From Caldisericaceae bacterium (GTDB lineage Bacteria > Caldisericota > Caldisericia > Caldisericales > Caldisericaceae), in the NCBI GenBank assembly GCA_027076005.1, contig JALTHX010000150.1:1-24554 (forward strand): a stretch of 24,554 bases of DNA, in the 5' to 3' direction. The notes below the pieces were generated by a model. The model was not told where the DNA came from. It ran no database searches and was given only the letters and a program-made list of their open reading frames with translations. This document shows, one piece after another, positions 8,458-17,981 of the stretch (position 1 is the first letter of the stretch; each line of letters opens with the position of its first letter). The position numbers and the translations under genes were made by a program.

Positions 8458-9389
8458 TTTTTCTTTAGAAGCAAATCAGTATTAAAATTCCCGATTAGCT
8501 TTACCTCCAATTCAAGAATTAAATCCTTTTTTCTATAAACCTTTTCCTGGGATTTTCTTATAAGAGTAAGTACGTCATTTGCAGTAGCATGGCCTAAGTT
8601 TACTATAAAATTTGAATGCAATTCCGAAACCATAGCATCTCCTACTCTCATTCCCTTGCAATTCGCTTCTTCCAACACTTTACCTGCATATGTAGTTGGG
8701 GGATTTTTAAAAATGCTTCCTGCACAAGGATACTCCGAAGGCTGTCTGCCTTTTCGTTTTTCAGAAACATCGCTTATTATTTTTTTAATCTTATTCTGGT
8801 CTACCTTTTCAAGGCTAAAAAGTGCTTCGAGCAAAATTAGTGGCTCATCCTGTAAAATACTGTATCTATAATCAAACTTTAAATCATCATGGTTCAATCG
8901 ATACCGCTTTCCAGTAAAATCCAAAACATTTACATATTTGACAAACTTGCTTAAAAAATGGGAGTTAGTTCCCGCATTCATTACAATGGATCCGCCTATT
9001 GTACCTGGTATTCCCCAAGCGAATTCAACCCCGCCAAGCCCTTTACTCATAGCAGAATTTATAAGACTTTTTACCGTACTTCCGCTTTTAACAAAAATGC
9101 TATCGCCATTAAGGGTGATTCCACTTATACCTGTAGAAATTTGTATTACCACCCCAGGTATACCCTGATCTGAAACAAGAAGATTAGTTCCATTTCCAAT
9201 GGGTGTTACCGGTTGCTTGTTCTTTTTTGCCCAGATTAAGATATTTCTAACATCATCGTCGTCTAACGGTTTGCAAAATATTTCTGCAGGCCCACCAATA
9301 CGGAAGGAAGTATGTTTATACATAGGTTCACTAAGTAAGACTTCCCCTTTTATTAACTCTTTTAATTGATCTACGCTTTCTCTTCTCAT
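8454..9389 (-). CDS. murB: UDP-N-acetylmuramate dehydrogenase MurB
   Basis: HTSFRIGGPA, IGNGTNLLVSD, GIPGTIGGSIVMNAG, AGSIFKNP, HSNFIVNLG, LELEVK. Confidence 0.97.
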   Translation of the reverse strand: MRRESVDQLKELIKGEVLLSEPMYKHTSFRIGGPAEIFCKPLDDDDVRNILIWAKKNKQPVTPIGNGTNLLVSDQGIPGVVIQISTGISGITLNGDSIFVKSGSTVKSLINSAMSKGLGGVEFAWGIPGTIGGSIVMNAGTNSHFLSKFVKYVNVLDFTGKRYRLNHDDLKFDYRYSILQDEPLILLEALFSLEKVDQNKIKKIISDVSEKRKGRQPSEYPCAGSIFKNPPTTYAGKVLEEANCKGMRVGDAMVSELHSNFIVNLGHATANDVLTLIRKSQEKVYRKKDLILELEVKLIGNFNTDLLLKKK

Positions 9390-9398
9390 CCTTTTCCC

Positions 9399-10742
9399 TC
9401 ACAATCCCTTAAGTAAAAAAGAAGAAAGTTCTGATACATCTCCCGGACCTAATAATACAACTAAATCACCTTTTTTCAATATCTGCTTAAGAATAGCCAA
9501 AGCATCATCTTTAACAGGAGCAAAGAATACTTCTTTTTTAGGGTTACTTTCCTTGACCCAATCAAATACTTTTCTGCCATTTACCCCGGGTATAGGGTTT
9601 TCAAACGCAGGATAAATCTCAGTTACGATTACAACGTCTGCAAGCCAAAAAGGAGAAGACACTTCTCTTCCCAATGCTTTTATCCTGGAGTATCTATGGG
9701 GCTGGTAAACTGCAATTAGGCGTTTCTCCGGAAAATGTTTTTTTAGGGCTGACAGCGTTGCCAAAACTTCAGTGGGGTGGTCAGCATGGTCATCAAATAC
9801 AATAACTCCGTCTTTTTCTCCTTTAAATTCCATACGCCTTGCAGGTGGAGAAAAATCTTTTAACGCAGCAGATGCTTTTTCCATATCTACGCCAACAGGT
9901 AAAACGGCAAGCAGTGCTGCTAAAGAATTAGACACGTTTTTATCTCCAAACATCGGTAAGAATACTTTAAAAGCAGATGAAGTACCCACGGCATCAAAAT
10001 AAGTACCGTTTCTCTCATACTTTATATTTCTTGCGTAAAGATCGACTTTTTCAGAATTTGTGCTAAAAGTTCTATGCAGCGAATGCAGAGAAACATCACT
10101 TGCATTCGGGTCATCAGCCGAGGTAACACACATTCTACTTTTTGCAACAAGCGACGCAAACGCTTTCTTGAGATTTTCGAAACTTCCGCCATAATAATTC
10201 AAATGGTCTTTATCAATGTTCGTAAGAACAAGTATGTCTGGATCAAATAGTAAAAAACTTCCGTCGCTTTCATCAGACTCAATTACAAAGTATTTAGCAC
10301 TTTTTTTAAAATTATCAAACTCTTTATCATCACCACCTACGTAAACGTTTGCCTCTACACCACAGTGTTTTAAAATGTGCCCAATAAGGGAAGTGGTGGT
10401 GGTTTTTCCATGTGTTCCAGAAACCACTATAGTTTTGTATTGATTAACGATTTTAGCAAGCGCTTCTCCCCTTTTTAGTATGGAAATCCCATACTTTTTA
10501 GCTTCCAGCAGTTCCACATTGTCTTCTTTTACCGCCGAGGAATATACTAACTGCTGAATATTTCTATCAATATGCTCTTTGCTATGCCCAATGTGAACTG
10601 TTATCCCTCGTTTTTCTAAGGCTTCAATTCTCTTAGAATGCCGTATATCAGAGCCTATAACCTTAAAGCCCATATCATTATACAAAAGAGCCAGTTTACT
10701 CATTCCAACTCCGCCAATACCAGTAAAAAGTACTTTATCCAT
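9399..10742 (-). CDS. murC: UDP-N-acetylmuramate--amino acid ligase MurC
   Basis: GIGGVGMS, SGTHGKTTTT, ESDESDGSF, DKDHLNYY, YQPHRYSR. Start set to ATG 10742 (GGAG SD, 8-nt overlap with murG). Confidence 0.95.
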   Translation of the reverse strand: MDKVLFTGIGGVGMSKLALLYNDMGFKVIGSDIRHSKRIEALEKRGITVHIGHSKEHIDRNIQQLVYSSAVKEDNVELLEAKKYGISILKRGEALAKIVNQYKTIVVSGTHGKTTTTSLIGHILKHCGVEANVYVGGDDKEFDNFKKSAKYFVIESDESDGSFLLFDPDILVLTNIDKDHLNYYGGSFENLKKAFASLVAKSRMCVTSADDPNASDVSLHSLHRTFSTNSEKVDLYARNIKYERNGTYFDAVGTSSAFKVFLPMFGDKNVSNSLAALLAVLPVGVDMEKASAALKDFSPPARRMEFKGEKDGVIVFDDHADHPTEVLATLSALKKHFPEKRLIAVYQPHRYSRIKALGREVSSPFWLADVVIVTEIYPAFENPIPGVNGRKVFDWVKESNPKKEVFFAPVKDDALAILKQILKKGDLVVLLGPGDVSELSSFLLKGL

Positions 10743-11817
10743 TAAGTTTCTCCATAATTTTTTCATAAATTAGCATTGCACTATCAGACGGTAAAAAATT
10801 TGCACAACAATCCATTTTATTCTTTATTATATCTATATGTTCAAAATAGTAAAATAACTTCTTTAAGAGCAAGTCTGGCAAGAGGTTTTTTTCCTCCACT
10901 ACATCCACACATCCTTTTTCCTTAAGGAAAAGAGCATTTTTCAATTGATGGTTATCTCTCGCATAAGGAAACGGCACAATAAGTGCGGGTAGTCTGCTGT
11001 GCACAAGCTCTGAGAGAGTCATTGCCCCACCTCTTACAAGAGCAAAATCAGCTGCTTTTAGTGCGTACTCCATATGGTCAAGGTATGGTAGTAGTACTAA
11101 CTCCTTCGTTTCATCACCTAAAAGTTTTTTGGTTTCTTCAAAAGCCCTTTTACCGGTAATAAATATAATTTGCAATCCGTATTTATCAATAAGCGTTTTA
11201 GCAATTTTAGTAAATATAAAATTTAGTTTCCTCGCACCGCCACTACCGCCAAATACGAGAAGTACACGTTTCTTACCGGAAAATCCAAAAAATTTCAGAC
11301 TTTGTTTTCTATCCGTTAAAAAGATTTCTCTGCGTACAGGGTTGCCAGTAAATAAAACTTTTTCCGCATTAAAAAAATGATATGCATCAGGAAAACCAAG
11401 AAATACATTTTCTGCTCCTCTCCCAAAAATCTTATTCGTTCTTCCCGGAATGATGTTCTGCTCATATATAAAATATTTTTTTCTCATTAAGTAAGCAGCA
11501 AGCAAAACAGGGGCAGAAACATACCCTCCCGCACCCATAATAGCATTGGGTTTTTCTTGCATAATTATGTTCGCCGCATCAAATACTCCCTGTGTTGCAT
11601 TTATTAAAAAACGGCTTATTTTCAAAGGGGTAAAATCTAACAGGGCGGAATGAATTATTCTCACCTGAAAATTATTTTCCTCATATATTTCTTCTTCTAC
11701 ACTTCCTTTCCTGCCAACCATAATTACCTGCTTGCCGTTACGCCTAAATTCTTTGGCAATTGAAAGTGCAGGATATATATGGCCTCCTGTTCCCCCACCT
11801 GCAATCAGTATTTTCAT
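10735..11817 (-). CDS. murG: Lipid II synthase MurG
   Basis: GGGTGGHIYPA, GAGGYVSAP, EQNIIPGRTN, TGNPVR, GGSGGA, RGGAMTLSE, DNHQLKNA. Confidence 0.97.
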   Translation of the reverse strand: MKILIAGGGTGGHIYPALSIAKEFRRNGKQVIMVGRKGSVEEEIYEENNFQVRIIHSALLDFTPLKISRFLINATQGVFDAANIIMQEKPNAIMGAGGYVSAPVLLAAYLMRKKYFIYEQNIIPGRTNKIFGRGAENVFLGFPDAYHFFNAEKVLFTGNPVRREIFLTDRKQSLKFFGFSGKKRVLLVFGGSGGARKLNFIFTKIAKTLIDKYGLQIIFITGKRAFEETKKLLGDETKELVLLPYLDHMEYALKAADFALVRGGAMTLSELVHSRLPALIVPFPYARDNHQLKNALFLKEKGCVDVVEEKNLLPDLLLKKLFYYFEHIDIIKNKMDCCANFLPSDSAMLIYEKIMEKLNG

Positions 11818-12896
11818 CTTACCTCTTCCTTTATAATATTTATCAAAATGCCAATACCCGCAAAGGTAGGTATAATGTTATTTCCGGAGTAACTTACTAT
11901 GGGAAGAGGAACCCCTGTTACCGGAAGTAATCCGATGTTTGTAGAGATATTTACTATTGCTCCTACTAAAATATTTATCGTAATTCCCAAAGCAATGATG
12001 CGAGCATAACGATCGTTTACGGCCCTGGCAACTCTAAATCCAATATAACCAAGCATAAAAAATAGAGTAATAATAATAGTTTCACCGATAAGCCCCAGCT
12101 CTTCACCTATAATTGCAAATATAAAGTCAGCTCCATTTTCTGGCAAACTTCCATACTTAAAAAAACTCTTCATTAATCCAGCTCCTGCAATTCCCCCATG
12201 TGCAATTGCTCGAAAAGATTGTAATGCTTGATAACCTTGGTCTGACGCAAATTTCTCAGGATGCAAATATGCAATAATCCTCTCATTCCATTCTTTGTAA
12301 TGCTTTATAAAAATATATCCTATAAACGAAACAAAAACGATAAAGCCTGACAGAATCTTAAAATCCATTCCTACCCCATAGAGTAGAAGAATTGTAGTTA
12401 AAAAAATAATAAAAGCACTACCCAAATCAGGTTCTAATGCAATTTTACCGACAAACAACAGCATAATGAATAGTAGAAAAATGTAATATTTTGGGAGTTT
12501 CTCTTCTGTTACTTTGCCGGAAAACAATTTTGCAATAAAAATAATTAAAAATAGTGATATATATTGAGATGGCTGAAAAGCAAATACAGTTCCGGTAGAA
12601 ATCCACCTGTTTGAGTTAGTACCCGGCGAGCTCTTGGTAAAAAATAGAATAATAAAAAGAAAAATCAAAATAGGAAATGAAAGTTTTTTGAGCAACTTAT
12701 AGTTTAAAATGGCAAAAAATACCATCACAGCGCTACCTGCACCTATGGCAATAAGATATCTGTAAAACAACGTTAAAGAAAAAGCACTATTTTGCGAAGC
12801 AGGACTTATGCTAAAATTCATTACAATACCGGCAATAACCAACAGGTACGTGAATATTAAGATTGACAAAATGTATGATTTTTGCTCTTTGCTCAT
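11814..12896 (-). CDS. ftsW: SEDS-family peptidoglycan polymerase FtsW (divergent), 360 aa
   Basis: Multi-pass membrane protein between murD and murG; RWI, EPDLGSA, GYQ..QS..AI..GG, LPE..ADFIFAIIGEELG, LLPVTGVPLPIVSY. Confidence 0.93.
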   Translation of the reverse strand: MSKEQKSYILSILIFTYLLVIAGIVMNFSISPASQNSAFSLTLFYRYLIAIGAGSAVMVFFAILNYKLLKKLSFPILIFLFIILFFTKSSPGTNSNRWISTGTVFAFQPSQYISLFLIIFIAKLFSGKVTEEKLPKYYIFLLFIMLLFVGKIALEPDLGSAFIIFLTTILLLYGVGMDFKILSGFIVFVSFIGYIFIKHYKEWNERIIAYLHPEKFASDQGYQALQSFRAIAHGGIAGAGLMKSFFKYGSLPENGADFIFAIIGEELGLIGETIIITLFFMLGYIGFRVARAVNDRYARIIALGITINILVGAIVNISTNIGLLPVTGVPLPIVSYSGNNIIPTFAGIGILINIIKEEVR

Positions 12897-14236
12897 AGCG
12901 CGTTTACGATTTCCTTAAACTGTTCACCTCTATCTTCAAAATCTTTAAACATATCAAAGCTTGCACAAGCAGGAGATAGGAGAACGATATCTCCGGAACA
13001 GGCAGCTTTTTTAGCAAGTAAAACTGCATCCTTTAAATCAGTTGCGAATACAATATCAGAATATCCCTGCTCTAAAGCACTGTTTGCAATATCAGGAGCA
13101 GTGTCACCCATCAGGATAAGTTTTCTTAATTTCGCCTTTAATATTTTTGCCATAGAAGAAAAATCATTGTTTTTGCTACTTCCCCCGGCAATCAACACAA
13201 TTTTTTCATTAAAAGCATCAAGCGCCTTTATCGTAGAGTCCGGAGTAGTGGCTTTGGAATCATTCACATAAAGCACCCCGTTAATTTGGCGTACTTCCTC
13301 AAGACGGTGTTCAAGCCCTTTGAATGTTTCTACTCCTTTCTTAATCACTTCATTAGGAACTTTCATTAGTTTACTTGCAAGAACTGCAGCAAGCGCATTT
13401 TCAAGATTATGCGAACCTCTTAGCTTTATAGAGGCAACAGGCAAAATCACTTCCTCATTTGTTGTGTTCCTAAATATAATCTGTCCTTCTCTTATATAGA
13501 CTCCTTTTTCAACAGGATCAGTCACACTAAAAAAATACACGTTGCTTTTTATCTTTTCTGCGAGCTCTCTTAACAGGGGAACATTATAATTTAAAACCGC
13601 AGAATCTTCAGTTGTCTGATTTTCAAAAATACGTTTTTTATAAAATAGATACTCATCCATTGTTTTATACCTGTTAAGATGGTCTTCCGTAAAATTTAGA
13701 AAAACCGCAACTCTCGGGTGAAAATTTTTGATCGTTTCCAGCTGAAAGCAGCTTGTTTCCAAAACTGCAATATCCGGAAGCGGATTATTAATCAAAAGTT
13801 CAGAATAAGGCGTGCCGAGATTACCACCCGTTACGGTGTTAAAAGAAGAGAAACGAAATATATTTCCAGTTAGTGCTGTTGTTGTACTTTTCCCATTTGT
13901 ACCTGTAATTGCAACAACACCAGTACTAGGCGCATTTTGATATGCAAACTCCATTTCGCCAATAAAGGGAATATTTGATTTTTTAACTTTATTCACAATT
14001 TCTGAATCCAGAGGGACACCAGGAGAAAGAACCGCTAAATCAAATTCTTTTACCATTCCAAATGTATGACCATTCATCTCATAAGGAATACCATTCTTCT
14101 CCAATATTTTTATAAACTCGTTAAAGTTGCTTCTTTCAGAACTTTCTGTGACAAACGACTCAAAGCCTTTCTCTTTTGCAAGCAATGCTGCATAAACACC
14201 ACTCTTTTTAGCTCCTACTATAAGAATCTTTTTCAT
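12893..14236 (-). CDS. murD: D-glutamate ligase MurD
   Basis: SPGVP, ITGTNGKSTTT, GGNLG, DHLNRY, GLEHRLE, NDSKAT, SPACASFDMFKDFEDRG. Confidence 0.97.
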   Translation of the reverse strand: MKKILIVGAKKSGVYAALLAKEKGFESFVTESSERSNFNEFIKILEKNGIPYEMNGHTFGMVKEFDLAVLSPGVPLDSEIVNKVKKSNIPFIGEMEFAYQNAPSTGVVAITGTNGKSTTTALTGNIFRFSSFNTVTGGNLGTPYSELLINNPLPDIAVLETSCFQLETIKNFHPRVAVFLNFTEDHLNRYKTMDEYLFYKKRIFENQTTEDSAVLNYNVPLLRELAEKIKSNVYFFSVTDPVEKGVYIREGQIIFRNTTNEEVILPVASIKLRGSHNLENALAAVLASKLMKVPNEVIKKGVETFKGLEHRLEEVRQINGVLYVNDSKATTPDSTIKALDAFNEKIVLIAGGSSKNNDFSSMAKILKAKLRKLILMGDTAPDIANSALEQGYSDIVFATDLKDAVLLAKKAACSGDIVLLSPACASFDMFKDFEDRGEQFKEIVNAL

Positions 14237-14237
14237 C

Positions 14238-15173
14238 TTATCGGCCTCCTAAAATAATTAATCCTATTATACAGGACACTACTGTTATGATGAAAAACCG
14301 GAAATCGATTTTTGTTTCACTCCATCCGGAGAGCTCGAAATGGTGGTGGATTGGTGCCATTTTAAAAATACGCTTACCATGCGTAATCTTAAAATAAGAA
14401 ACTTGTAGCATCACGGATATGGTTTCTACAATAGGGACAAAAGCAAAAAACGCAAGTAAAAGTTCAAATTTGCCCAATACGCTAATCGCCCCAACCAGCC
14501 CGCCTATGGCAAGAGAGCCCGTATCACCCATAAAAATGGAGGCTTTGGGGCTGTTAAACCAAAGATAGGCAAGCAGCGCTCCAAACATTATCAAAGAAAC
14601 GTCTTTGATTAAAACGCTTCCGATAATTGCAAAAGAAAGGAAAATGGGTAAAGAAACGACCGTAGAAAGTCCGTCTATTCCATCAGTAAGATTGAAAGCA
14701 TTTACTGACCCCACCATTATAAATAGAAATAACAAAAAATATCCAATAGCTCCTGCATCTATCACGAAATTATTAATAATAATATTTTTTGTTATAAAAG
14801 GCTTCCCTATTAAATACAGAATGACTGCAGCAAGAAATTGTAAAATAAGTTTCTCGCGTGCAGAAAGCCCAAGGGACTCTCTTTTTTTAATGCTTATAAA
14901 GTCATCGGCAAAACCAATCAATCCATTTAGTAAAAGTGCAAAATACAGAAATAAAAACCGCCTACCGTGCAAAAAAGGAATAAAAATAAGTGGCACAAGC
15001 AAAAAAACAATGCCACCCCCTGTTGGCGTCCCAATTTTTTTAAAATGAGATTTAGGCCCGTCTTCCCTTATATTCTGAGTAATTCTATCTTTCCTTAAGA
15101 AAGGAATCAAAATTAGAAAAGAAACAAAAGCAATAATAAACGAAAAAATAGCATACCACAGTTCTTTGCTCAT
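14238..15173 (-). CDS. mraY: Phospho-MurNAc-pentapeptide transferase MraY
   Basis: IREDGPKSH.KK.GTPTGGG, IGFADD, NAFNLTDGIDGL, IFMGDTGSLAIG, MAPIHHHFELSGWSE. Confidence 0.97.
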   Translation of the reverse strand: MSKELWYAIFSFIIAFVSFLILIPFLRKDRITQNIREDGPKSHFKKIGTPTGGGIVFLLVPLIFIPFLHGRRFLFLYFALLLNGLIGFADDFISIKKRESLGLSAREKLILQFLAAVILYLIGKPFITKNIIINNFVIDAGAIGYFLLFLFIMVGSVNAFNLTDGIDGLSTVVSLPIFLSFAIIGSVLIKDVSLIMFGALLAYLWFNSPKASIFMGDTGSLAIGGLVGAISVLGKFELLLAFFAFVPIVETISVMLQVSYFKITHGKRIFKMAPIHHHFELSGWSETKIDFRFFIITVVSCIIGLIILGGR

Positions 15174-16552
15174 CTTTTAAACCTCTCCTTTATAACTTTT
15201 ACTGCATCTTCCATATGCATTCCTCTGGACCCTTTGACAAATATAGCAGAAGAAGGAGGTATATCAAGCTTATCTTTCAAAAAATCAAGCAGGTCCCCTT
15301 TCTTAGGAAGATAAAAAACGTTTTTTACACCATTTTCATAAAGTGTTTCTATTGTAAACTTTGAATATTTTCCAACTGCTAAAACAAAGCTCGGATTAAA
15401 ACTCGCTATTATTTTTCCTATTTTTCTATGAGCATTTTCAGACTGTTCCCCCAACTCAAGCATATCGCCCAACAAAATAAACAAACGGTTTCTATGATTC
15501 TTAAACCTGCTTAAGGAATATTCCAGAGAAATTGGGTTAGAGTTATATGTTTCATCAATTAAAATTCTGTCTTCGGAAAGTTTTATTTCACTTCCTCTAC
15601 CGTTTACGGGGGTAAATTTAAGAAGTGCGTTTATTGATTTTTTTAGTGAAATGTTGTTAGTGAAACCGATTGCGATTGCAGCCAGAAGGTCATATACAAA
15701 ATTAACTCCGGAAAATGGAAACCTCGCAGGATAGCTACCTTTGTTTGTCCATATTTCAAGCTCCATGCTGTCAGCATTGATGCTTTTAATTTTAGCAGAA
15801 ACTGCGTTATGCCTGCTCAAACCAAAGGATATATAATTATTTTTAAGCTCTTTCAAAAGTATCTTAAAATATGCATCATTTCCATTTAAAATATTAATAC
15901 CTCTTTTGCTATCTACGAACTTAGCCAATTTAAATTTCTCATTTGCAACATTTTCAACGCTTCCCAAGTATTCAATGTGTGACATGCCTGCATTTAAAAG
16001 TATTGCAGAATCAGGATTCACTATCTCATTTAAAGTGTCCATATCTCCCGTCTTCTGGATTCCCATCTCTACAATATGGAATGCACTTTTAAGATCCGCA
16101 TCATTTAAGAAAAACAACGGTATTGAAAGCTCGGTATTTGCATTTCCTGCTGTTTTGGAAATCGGAAAACGACTATCCAACACGAGGGAAACCATTTCTT
16201 TCGTAGTAGTTTTTCCGGCACTGCCAGTTATTCCAATAACTTTTCCTTTTAATTTATTCCTTGCGTATTTTCCAAGATTAAACAACGCTTTTTGTACCGA
16301 ATTAGTTTGCAAAATAAGGAAATCTTTTTTTATAAAAGAGGTTTTTTCTTCAACTACTGCACCTATCGCACCATTTTTATATGCGTCTTCCAAGAATAAA
16401 TGCCCATCAATTTGCTTGCCTTTAATTGCAAAGAACAAAGAGCCTTCTCTCGCTTTTCTACTATCTATGGCAAAGCTCGTAAAGCCATCTATTTTTACTT
16501 TATTCCAATCTCCTTGCACAATATTAAGCAGTTCGTCAGTTTTTATTTTCAT
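15170..16552 (-). CDS. murF: D-Ala-D-Ala-adding ligase MurF
   Basis: IDSRK..G.LFFAIKG..DGH, GITGSAGKTTTKE, DETYNSNP, LGDMLELGE, VKGSRGMHME. ATG 16552 or TTG 16555. Confidence 0.96.
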   Translation of the reverse strand: MKIKTDELLNIVQGDWNKVKIDGFTSFAIDSRKAREGSLFFAIKGKQIDGHLFLEDAYKNGAIGAVVEEKTSFIKKDFLILQTNSVQKALFNLGKYARNKLKGKVIGITGSAGKTTTKEMVSLVLDSRFPISKTAGNANTELSIPLFFLNDADLKSAFHIVEMGIQKTGDMDTLNEIVNPDSAILLNAGMSHIEYLGSVENVANEKFKLAKFVDSKRGINILNGNDAYFKILLKELKNNYISFGLSRHNAVSAKIKSINADSMELEIWTNKGSYPARFPFSGVNFVYDLLAAIAIGFTNNISLKKSINALLKFTPVNGRGSEIKLSEDRILIDETYNSNPISLEYSLSRFKNHRNRLFILLGDMLELGEQSENAHRKIGKIIASFNPSFVLAVGKYSKFTIETLYENGVKNVFYLPKKGDLLDFLKDKLDIPPSSAIFVKGSRGMHMEDAVKVIKERFKR

Positions 16553-17981
16553 CAAGTATCTCCCTTACGCACTCCTCATCACTTTTCATAACAGTTTTGT
16601 TTCTAAAATGAATTTCTCTTTCTTCGCCTCTACCTAAGATTGCCACTACATCCCCCTTCTTCATTATAGAAACTGCTTTTCTAATTGCATTAAAACGGTT
16701 ATTTATTACTACAATATTACCGGAAGAGCCCTTTTTAACATCCCGTATTATTTCATCAGGATCAGCCCCCCTCGGGTCATCAGTTGTTAATATAAAAACA
16801 TCACTTAATGAAGAAGCGACTTTTCCGATATTGTACCGTTTCTCTACTGTAGACCATCCTACTGCGCCAACCACTGTAATAAGTCTATTCTGTTTAATTT
16901 GACGTGCATAATTCAGCACAGCTTCTATTTCATACGGATTATGCGCAAAATCAATAATTACAGTGCCCTTAATAGTTTCTATGGAATTCATTCTTCCGGG
17001 AATCTCCGGGAGATTCGCTGCAAATTGTTCAATTTTGGAAAGAGGTATTCCTTCTCCTTTGGTAAAGGCCAGAAACGCAAGAAAATTATAAAGGTTAAAT
17101 TCGCCTCTTGCTTTGAGAAATAAACGAACATAATCTTTGTCATACGAAAGCGTAACATACATTCCACTATGATCTGTTTTATCAATATGGGCCATAAAAT
17201 CTGCTTTATTTTTAATTCCATATGTTTTGAATGTCCGGGAAACAGACAAAAAATCTTCTATAAAAAGTGAGTCCCTATTAAGGATAGCAGGAACGTCCCC
17301 TTCAAAAAATTTTAATTTACAACTAAGATAATTTTGAAATGTTTTGTGCACTTCAAGGTGGTCCTGGCCAATATTGGTTAATATTTTTCTGTAAAAATCT
17401 ATTCCGCTTATTCTATTAAAAAGTATAGCTGATGAGGAAACTTCCATAAATACATATTTAATACCTGCTTTTACCATATCACTGAGTGCCCTGTTCAGGT
17501 AAAATGCGTCTGGTGTAGTAGGAGGAAATTTTTCCTTAAATATAAGTCCGCTGCCTGTATCTTCTCCAAGCGTACCTAAAAATCCGGCTCTAATACCAAC
17601 CCTGTTAAAAAAAGAATAGAGTATATAAGCAGTAGTTGTTTTTCCCGAAGTACCGGTTATTCCCACAACTTTCAATTTTCTGGAGGGAAAACCAAAAAAT
17701 GCAGCTGAAATTCTTGCGTACGCATCTCTCGAATCAGAAACCTTTATCAAAAGAATATTCTTAGGCACTGTAATATCTTTTTCCGAAACCACTACAGTGG
17801 CCCCGTTATGTATAGCCTCTAAAATTCTTTTATGGGAATCAAAGTGTATTCCCTTCATTGCAACAAAGAGATCAAATTTCTGAATCTTTCTCGAATCAAG
17901 TTCAATGCGATTAAACTCAACATTTAAATTACCTGAATACGAAAATCCCGGAAATAGTATCTTTAGCTCAGTGGCTTTCAT
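16536..17981 (-). CDS. murE: Diamino-acid-adding ligase MurE (atypical specificity motifs)
   Basis: LDSRKI, GITGTSGKTTT, TTP, MEVSS, TNIGQDHLEVH, PGRM, IIDFAHNP, TTDDPRG; position between ftsI and murF. Confidence 0.94.
   Translation of the reverse strand: MKATELKILFPGFSYSGNLNVEFNRIELDSRKIQKFDLFVAMKGIHFDSHKRILEAIHNGATVVVSEKDITVPKNILLIKVSDSRDAYARISAAFFGFPSRKLKVVGITGTSGKTTTAYILYSFFNRVGIRAGFLGTLGEDTGSGLIFKEKFPPTTPDAFYLNRALSDMVKAGIKYVFMEVSSSAILFNRISGIDFYRKILTNIGQDHLEVHKTFQNYLSCKLKFFEGDVPAILNRDSLFIEDFLSVSRTFKTYGIKNKADFMAHIDKTDHSGMYVTLSYDKDYVRLFLKARGEFNLYNFLAFLAFTKGEGIPLSKIEQFAANLPEIPGRMNSIETIKGTVIIDFAHNPYEIEAVLNYARQIKQNRLITVVGAVGWSTVEKRYNIGKVASSLSDVFILTTDDPRGADPDEIIRDVKKGSSGNIVVINNRFNAIRKAVSIMKKGDVVAILGRGEEREIHFRNKTVMKSDEECVREILDENKN

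Noticed and set aside
12882-16637. Plus-strand ORFs 12882-13271, 14605-15048 and 15906-16637
   Set aside because: Antisense to murD, mraY and murF/murE with no independent support.
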